Virus record (IMG/VR): IMGVR_UViG_3300030330_003102
Source of the DNA: an uncultured virus (IMG/VR IMGVR_UViG_3300030330_003102)
Taxonomy: Duplodnaviria; Heunggongvirae; Uroviricota; Caudoviricetes
Length of the DNA stretch: 20,000 bases
Strand: one strand, 5' to 3'
The position numbers and the translations under genes are program-made. Positions within the stretch are counted from its first letter, which is position 1, and every line of letters begins with the position of its first letter. A model generated the notes under the pieces. The model searched no databases. It worked only from the letters and a program-made list of their open reading frames with translations, and had not been told where the DNA came from. Of the stretch, positions 14,714 through 20,000 are shown in pieces.

Positions 14714-15038
14714 TCCAATATATGACCGAAGAAGTCCACAGTACCGACCTGACTATGTTTTTCCACACAATGAAACTGCGTGGTGGCAAAAGAATAATAA
14801 AAATCCTGTCGTGCGTGCGTTGGTTCACTATGCTCTTACGCTAAAAGAACCTTTCACAATACACAAACTTCAAAATGAAGCAAAGTATATGAACGGTAAT
14901 CTTATTTGCGCTAGTGGTAGAATGTCTCCGGGTATAAATAAAATCAGGGCTATGATACGGCTGTGTGGGTACTTCAAAAAGAGTGAAGAAAAGGTGGTCG
15001 TGGGTACTTCAAAAAGGTGGCTGTGGGTGAGAAAATGA
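14703..15038 (+). CDS. Basic winged-helix-like protein, 111 aa
   Basis: ATG 14703 after a GGGGTGA Shine-Dalgarno; EPFTIHKL...KIRAMIR...LWVR. Confidence 0.7.
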   Translation: MPSNPIYDRRSPQYRPDYVFPHNETAWWQKNNKNPVVRALVHYALTLKEPFTIHKLQNEAKYMNGNLICASGRMSPGINKIRAMIRLCGYFKKSEEKVVVGTSKRWLWVRK

Positions 15039-15652
15039 GAAGTAAGAGAGAGATACAACAGAGGCTCGCATCTGAAAATGATGCTTTCGCCATAGAAGTC
15101 CTACGGTGGGTTCTTACTGGTGGTTGTGAGGTCTGCGAACACAAAGAAAGAAAGGAAATAGAAATGGATGTCTATAATGGCTCGGTTTCCCCTGCGTATC
15201 TTGAGGCTAAATATAACTGGCCCGACGGCCATGTTATGAACCACATGGATGCTCACCTTGACTATGACCCGCGTGAAGCACAACACATAGAGGAGGCACG
15301 AAGCCAAAGCATCAACACGCTAGATGCCGCCGAGGACATCGTAAATCGTATCACTACCTATCTTGATGAGTTGGAAGCCCTCAAGGAAGCAGAAGGTGGT
15401 ATCACATCTGACTTCGTAACTGATGCGGCGCGTCTTATCGCACAGGCTAATACTTCCTTAAAATTAGTAGGGACTCTCAAGAAAGAGATAGGAGTTGATA
15501 GCCAACTACTTCTCGCCCATACTCAACTGAATGAGGTTAGTCGTATCTTAGTGGAGGTTCTATCAGACCAACCAAAACTATTAGATGATGTGGAAAGAAA
15601 ATTAAATATGCTAAGTACACCAATTGATGTCCCATACGAGGTAGTAGAATGA
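15035..15652 (+). CDS. CxxCxH-HTH-HxxxH protein with a helical C-terminus, possibly terminase-small-subunit-like, 205 aa
   Basis: CEVCEHKERKEIE...LEAKYNW...VMNHMDAH; ATGA overlap and GGGTGA Shine-Dalgarno. The function is tentative. Confidence 0.55.
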   Translation: MRSKREIQQRLASENDAFAIEVLRWVLTGGCEVCEHKERKEIEMDVYNGSVSPAYLEAKYNWPDGHVMNHMDAHLDYDPREAQHIEEARSQSINTLDAAEDIVNRITTYLDELEALKEAEGGITSDFVTDAARLIAQANTSLKLVGTLKKEIGVDSQLLLAHTQLNEVSRILVEVLSDQPKLLDDVERKLNMLSTPIDVPYEVVE

Positions 15653-15918
15653 GAAAGTGGAGGAGCAAACCTACTAAGTATCTAGCAACAAGAGCGATAA
15701 CGAAAGAAGAATATCCTAAGTTAATCGAGGCTATGAAGGAAGATGGTCTTATCGCAATAATAACTGCCGAGGGAATAAAGTGGTATCACGGAGACTACAA
15801 GGTGACACAGAGTGTGGTGCGTGGTGTTTGGAATCTTTCAGTAGGGCAGATGAAAAGAATCGTGAAATACATATACAGTTATGACCCGTTTGTGAGTGAA
15901 GAAAATGGTGAAGCATAA
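15649..15918 (+). CDS. Hypothetical protein, 89 aa
   Basis: ATGA overlap and GAGGT Shine-Dalgarno. Confidence 0.75.
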   Translation: MRKWRSKPTKYLATRAITKEEYPKLIEAMKEDGLIAIITAEGIKWYHGDYKVTQSVVRGVWNLSVGQMKRIVKYIYSYDPFVSEENGEA

Positions 15919-16168
15919 GTTAGCACGACGCGCACTACAAGTGTGGGCTAAACACAAAGGAGAACGCTTCACTACTGATGAGGCGATGCAGTATCTTGAC
16001 AGTAAAAATACTAAATCTTACTCAGTATCTCAAAAACAACTAAACAATATATTAGGAAAGACTAAGAAAGTTAAAAGCCGTGATGGTATAATGTATGGTT
16101 ATAGGGGAGAGTTGATAAGACAACCTCAAGGTCAGCGAATGATATGGGAGTATATCGAATATGAGTGA
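15905..16168 (+). CDS. Basic winged-helix-like protein, about 87 aa
   Basis: GERFTTDEAMQYL...SQKQLNNILG...IWEY; start uncertain (15896 or 15905). Confidence 0.7.
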   Translation: MVKHKLARRALQVWAKHKGERFTTDEAMQYLDSKNTKSYSVSQKQLNNILGKTKKVKSRDGIMYGYRGELIRQPQGQRMIWEYIEYE

Positions 16169-16286
16169 GAACGAGGAATGGTGTATCGAACACATGGGCG
16201 TAATGGCCTTTTGGAGAACAGGAATTAGTATCGTAAATCTATTCCTTACATTTATTATTGTCTTAAAAGTATTTGAGGTTTTGTGA
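16161..16286 (+). CDS. 41-aa single-pass membrane peptide (absent from the ORF track)
   Basis: MSENEEWCIEHMGVMAFWRTGISIVNLFLTFIIVLKVFEVL; overlaps both neighbours (TGATG at the 3' end). Confidence 0.6.
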   Translation: MSENEEWCIEHMGVMAFWRTGISIVNLFLTFIIVLKVFEVL

Positions 16287-16945
16287 TGATAATTTTTACA
16301 AGCGATGAGACACCCTTTAGAAGTGATAAGGAAGTGTGCATGTATGGTACAATTGATACTATACCAAATCTACCTGAGACTACATACATACTACATACAG
16401 ACAAGTTTGGGTCAGAAGATGTCCTCGCTTGGTCGCCGTTTGTACAACACCGTTTGGTTATCGTTACACAGAAAGCCCCCTCATTGAACAAAGCCGCGCA
16501 CGAATTGTGTGTTGTTGATGATAAATTAAATGGAAAAAACAAGGACGATACTTTTCTTATCGTTAAAGCAATCATGAATTGGACAGACCGAAAAAGAGTC
16601 CGTGCGGTTTTCAAGAGTCCACCTATACCTTTGCTACTGTGGTTCTTGAGAGGTAATGTCGAGGACATAGATGTGTGGAGAAGGATAGCAAAGGTTCAAT
16701 ATACACTCCCCGAAGATTATTTGAGGGCGGCAATTATCTACGGAATCAAGCCATCGAGAAAGCGAGTAGTGTGGCCTAAGAAAAAGGGTAAAAGTAAAGA
16801 GCGTCCTTCTGTGTTTAGAAGTACAGACAAACATTGGGAAATCCTAATAGAAAACTCTAATAGTGTAGCCAACTCCGTCAGGAACGACGGCGACATACCA
16901 AAGGGTATGCGTCGGCGCAAGGCGGCAGAAAAAACATGGCTATAA
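16286..16945 (+). CDS. Hypothetical protein, about 219 aa
   Basis: Long ORF with a GAGGT Shine-Dalgarno and a basic C-terminus; no motif recognised with confidence. Confidence 0.8.
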   Translation: MIIFTSDETPFRSDKEVCMYGTIDTIPNLPETTYILHTDKFGSEDVLAWSPFVQHRLVIVTQKAPSLNKAAHELCVVDDKLNGKNKDDTFLIVKAIMNWTDRKRVRAVFKSPPIPLLLWFLRGNVEDIDVWRRIAKVQYTLPEDYLRAAIIYGIKPSRKRVVWPKKKGKSKERPSVFRSTDKHWEILIENSNSVANSVRNDGDIPKGMRRRKAAEKTWL

Positions 16946-17133
16946 TTGGATTATTATATACTATTGTTGGTATAATACTATTATGTTTTTTTGGTTGGTT
17001 TGTTATATGTTTAGATAATTTCTTTAACGGTAAAAGTAACACAGTAAATCCGCAAGAAAATTTTACGCTTGCGCAGCACGAAGAATCGTTTATTAATGGT
17101 ATGATTTGGGCCGATGTGGGGAACGACTTATAA
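16936..17133 (+). CDS. Small membrane protein, 65 aa
   Basis: Hydrophobic N-terminal 25 aa; overlaps the previous stop. Confidence 0.55.
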   Translation: MAIIGLLYTIVGIILLCFFGWFVICLDNFFNGKSNTVNPQENFTLAQHEESFINGMIWADVGNDL

Positions 17134-17135
17134 AT
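17064..17135 (+). promoter_or_regulatory. Tandem promoters for gene 17157: a class II motif (TACGCTTGCGCAGCAC plus TTTATTAA) and a second TATA (TTATAAAT, 17128-17135)
   Basis: Motif-to-TATA spacing matches the other class II sites; the second TATA is 22-29 nt upstream of the ATG. Confidence 0.6.
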
Positions 17136-17156
17136 GCCATACGCTAACACTTATAC

Positions 17157-17555
17157 ATGAGTGCGAACAATAGGCGGGTGAGGCGTTTCATAGTAGAGAT
17201 ACTATGGGAACATGGCCCGCTTACGAAAGAGGGTGTGGCTGAGAAGTTATCCTCTTTGAAGAATGTTCGGGCTGTTCCTTCGCCTCACAGTCTGTCCGCT
17301 CTCCTCTCTAAGAACTCACAGATTGTAGCAGTAGGTAGTGAGAAGGTGGAGAACGCGGTAGGTATCAAGGCATCTCATTTGTTGTATGATGTGGATAGAG
17401 AAGTTATGAAGTCTAAGGATGATATACTTTATACCCGTAGTCCGACAGTTATGACTCCAAAGCAGAAGCGCGAAGCGCGACAATGCACCTGTGGCCGGAT
17501 GCGTATTTTTCCGACGGATTCGCAGGTCTGCATACATTGTCTTCGCAATAGTTAA
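17157..17555 (+). CDS. Winged-helix-like protein with a C-terminal zinc ribbon, 132 aa
   Basis: IVEILWEHGPLTKEGVAEKL...SPHSLSALLSKN; CTCG...CIHC. Confidence 0.75.
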   Translation: MSANNRRVRRFIVEILWEHGPLTKEGVAEKLSSLKNVRAVPSPHSLSALLSKNSQIVAVGSEKVENAVGIKASHLLYDVDREVMKSKDDILYTRSPTVMTPKQKREARQCTCGRMRIFPTDSQVCIHCLRNS

Positions 17556-17578
17556 TACAACAGTAGGAGTATGAATAT

Positions 17579-17920
17579 ATGAGGCAAGAGATGCGCGAAG
17601 ACATCAGTTCCTTAGTATCGAGTATGCTACATACCAATACGAGGATAGACCTAACTCGGATGCTCACGCAAGAGAATATGTTTGATGCCTCATTACTACG
17701 CAGTTTTCTTTTAGATTTCCACGAAGACGAGAGCGAGTTTGAAGACTTCTTCGCTGATGTCGAAATGGATGAATCTTTCTTACGCGGCTTCATGGCGGGC
17801 CTCGTTCAGTCTATTATGATAGAAAGAGCGCACGGCGAAAACATAGGCAGACTAAGCCACGCTGAGTTTGTTGAACTGTATGATGCCGCCTGTGCTTTTC
17901 TCATGGAGTCATCCGTTTAG
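17579..17920 (+). CDS. Acidic hypothetical protein, 113 aa
   Basis: AGGAG Shine-Dalgarno; D/E rich. Confidence 0.75.
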   Translation: MRQEMREDISSLVSSMLHTNTRIDLTRMLTQENMFDASLLRSFLLDFHEDESEFEDFFADVEMDESFLRGFMAGLVQSIMIERAHGENIGRLSHAEFVELYDAACAFLMESSV

Positions 17921-17946
17921 TTTATATCCGTGTTAATTGACGGATA
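17921..17946 (+). promoter_or_regulatory. Class III promoter: TTTATA overlapping the palindrome TATCCGT-N8-ACGGATA
   Basis: TATA starts 29 nt before ATG 17950; the motif recurs at 18831. Confidence 0.65.
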
Positions 17947-17949
17947 ATC

Positions 17950-18828
17950 ATGCTTTGGGCGAATAAGTATAGACCCATGACCTTCAATCAGATGGTCGGC
18001 GGTGCAAGAAGCCTTGCTCACCTCAAGGACAATATGCAACATCTTCTGTTGTATAGCAGGGGCGCGGGAACAGGTAAGACTACATTAGCCCATGTTCTCG
18101 CTAACGAGTTAGATTGCCCGCTTCATGTCTTCAACGCTTCTTCTAAGAAGACGAGAGGCATAGCATTTGTCGAGCAAGAACTAATACCCCTTACACGCGC
18201 AGGTATTAGAAACCAAATCATACTTCTTGATGAGGCGGACCAATTGACTCACGAAGCACAGTCGGCTCTCAAGGGTGTTATCGAGAATGCTGATGGTTAT
18301 TTCATCCTTACGTGTAATGATATTAGCAAGGTCAGCGCATGGATTCAATCTCGCTGTTTGAAGATTGAGTTCTTACCAATCGCTAAAGAGCCTATGATGG
18401 ACCGCTTAGAATATATCTGTGGCTCGGAAGGTGTTAATATTACCGAGAGTCAATTAGGCGTTATCTGTGATGCACACGAAGGCGACCTAAGAAACGCTAT
18501 CAATGCGCTTCAAGCCTTTGCGTCATTTGATGACCCAATCAAGGCAACGCAATTCATTAACAGTTTGACTGTGCAAGATTTCGACAGTAAACTTTTCCTA
18601 AAACTATGTGTGGCTGAAAGAGACATGACGAATGCTTCGTCTATGCTTAACAGCCGAGATACGCGAGAGATAGTGCGTGCGGTGTTTGATTACGCCGTAA
18701 GCAGCACGGCCTCTCAAACAGCAAAACTTCAAGTCGTTGATGCGGCAATAACCGCTGAACGAGATGTCCTTAACGGTGTTGATGAAGACATAATTAAGGC
18801 AAACTTCGTGAGGATGCTGATAGGATAA
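17950..18828 (+). CDS. rfcS: Replication factor C small subunit (clamp loader), 292 aa
   Basis: LWANKYRP, GAGTGKTT (Walker A), FNAS, IILLDEADQL (Walker B), AQSALKGVIE, FILTCN, IQSRC and GDLRNAINALQ. Confidence 0.93.
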   Translation: MLWANKYRPMTFNQMVGGARSLAHLKDNMQHLLLYSRGAGTGKTTLAHVLANELDCPLHVFNASSKKTRGIAFVEQELIPLTRAGIRNQIILLDEADQLTHEAQSALKGVIENADGYFILTCNDISKVSAWIQSRCLKIEFLPIAKEPMMDRLEYICGSEGVNITESQLGVICDAHEGDLRNAINALQAFASFDDPIKATQFINSLTVQDFDSKLFLKLCVAERDMTNASSMLNSRDTREIVRAVFDYAVSSTASQTAKLQVVDAAITAERDVLNGVDEDIIKANFVRMLIG

Positions 18829-18830
18829 TC

Positions 18831-18854
18831 TTTATATCCGTAATCATTTGACGG
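18831..18854 (+). promoter_or_regulatory. Class III promoter TTTATATCCGT-N6-TTTGACGG
   Basis: Shares TTTATATCCGT and TTGACGG with 17921-17943; a GGTGA Shine-Dalgarno precedes ATG 18879. Confidence 0.65.
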
Positions 18855-18878
18855 CTTGATAGAACAAAGGTGAATTAG

Positions 18879-20000
18879 ATGTCTGATGAGATGCTAAACA
18901 ATATCGCTAAAACATTGAATGTCGCACCCGAAACGGTGCGTGCGAGGGCTGATGAAGTTCTTGCGGAACAGGGCGCAGCATGGCGAAATGCTGGTCGTTC
19001 AGAAGAAGACTGTTTTATTCTCGCGCTGAGAGTAGCAGGTCGCAACATTACTTCTGAAAACGCAAGACTACGCCGAGCCCGCGCCGATACATACGAGGGT
19101 ATGTTCATTAGTGTTCCACGACCGAAGGAGTGGGGTAAGATTCTATACAATAAGATGAAGAATCAATTGGCTACCGCTTCTCCCGAAATGCGACAGAACT
19201 TCGTTGATAACGGTTCGGTAGTTCTGTTTGAGGATAACCACGATGGTTCATACACCCGCCTATGCGCCGAAGAATACGGACAACCGGAAAGCGATGTATC
19301 TTCACTACCAAAACACACAATGCAGTTAGATGCTAATACGCATTTCTATGTTGTATGGGATAAAAACAACCCTACTTTCCCATCCGGTGATGCTAACTTC
19401 AAGTATGGTGCGCCTCGCCCACAGGATGAGAGAGAGCGAACATGTCTATTCTATGGCCGCATGGTTGGTGGTAGCGACCTACAAATGATTCAAGTTAGCG
19501 GTAGTGGTAAGGCGGCTGATACACAGTTCCCTACTTTCACACCATTAACTATCCCGCTACGAAGCGGTAAGAACGNNNNNNNNNNGCTTATCTAAACGCT
19601 GATGTGTCTAAGCCAACAATCAACTTAGACCTTGCCTCAATGTATGACGGCTCTCCTTTGGATATGGTGCCTTCTCTAATCGGTGAAGAAAACATCTTGC
19701 CTTCACTATCTGCGCTCGGTCAATACTACGACCAATACAAAGACGCAGACGGTTGGTGGGATAGAAACTGCGCTACCGTAGTTGAAGTAAATCACATTGA
19801 CCCGCGAGATAACGGCGGTTGCATTTTGGTCTGTGGCGACACCGACCTAATGTCTATGGCCGGAACAATAGACATCTATTGTGATGATATTCCACCGCTC
19901 GGTGTTGGCTCACAATTGCTCGTCTTAGGACAGGCATGGCGCACGCAAGAGGGCGATGACCGCATGACCGTGAATGGTTGGTGGCCTTCTAATGTGGTTG
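18879..20000 (+). CDS. Putative RPA-like ssDNA-binding (OB-fold) protein; spans the N gap and runs off the right edge
   Basis: The ORF-track stop at 19595 is an artefact of the 10-N gap. From 19586 the frame is open to 20000 (AYLNADVSKP...TIDIYCDDIPPLGVGSQLLVLGQAWRTQEGDDRMTVNGWW), an OB-fold-like strand pattern. It is adjacent to rfcS. Confidence 0.6.

Noticed and set aside
16286..16945. Degenerate clamp-loader large subunit
   Set aside because: It is near rfcS, but I see no Walker motifs or RFC boxes. It would need HHpred or Foldseek support.
2805..19150. Minus-strand ORFs in the right-hand region (e.g. 3105-3458, 3462-3890, 8867-9484, 16255-16668, 17449-17793)
   Set aside because: They are antisense shadows of well-supported, tightly packed + strand genes, with no promoter or Shine-Dalgarno support.
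19576..19595. Frameshift or pseudogene in the RPA-like gene
   Set aside because: The frame change coincides with the placeholder N gap, and the downstream frame is open to the window end.
1..20000. Bacterial phage or halovirus origin
   Set aside because: TATA-type leaderless promoters, GGTGA Shine-Dalgarno sites and RFC/MCM/PAC2-like genes point to an archaeal host. Many proteins are basic and GC content is moderate, unlike typical haloviruses. The exact host cannot be determined from this window.

Overview
The window looks like part of the genome of an archaeal tailed dsDNA virus. It has dense, mostly + strand small ORFs, TATA-box promoters about 22-31 nt upstream of leaderless ATGs, and GGTGA/GGAGG Shine-Dalgarno sites. 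The right half encodes an MCM-like AAA+ ATPase, a PAC2-like protein, an RFC small subunit and an RPA-like OB-fold protein. A marine Euryarchaeota/Thermoplasmatota (magrovirus-type) virus is plausible, but that is inference. The most unusual part is 1-2830: a divergently transcribed array of single-gene cassettes, each with its own TATA promoter, separated by about 26 good copies of AACTACATAAC, often as the palindrome CTACATAA-CA-TTATGTAG. Two of these cassettes carry no credible ORF. They appear to encode a pair of homologous ~230-nt structured RNAs with compensatory base changes. From 3500 onward a different motif, GACGCTTGCGA(G/C)(G/A)CAC, lies 55-56 nt upstream of eight start codons, and a third motif precedes the two replication genes, suggesting a three-tier promoter cascade. 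Other candidates are two tandem stem-closed RNA-like elements after a DUF932 gene and a 148-bp AT-rich nested inverted repeat. There are two 10-N scaffold gaps (6043-6052, 19576-19585). All calls were made by eye; no database searches were run.
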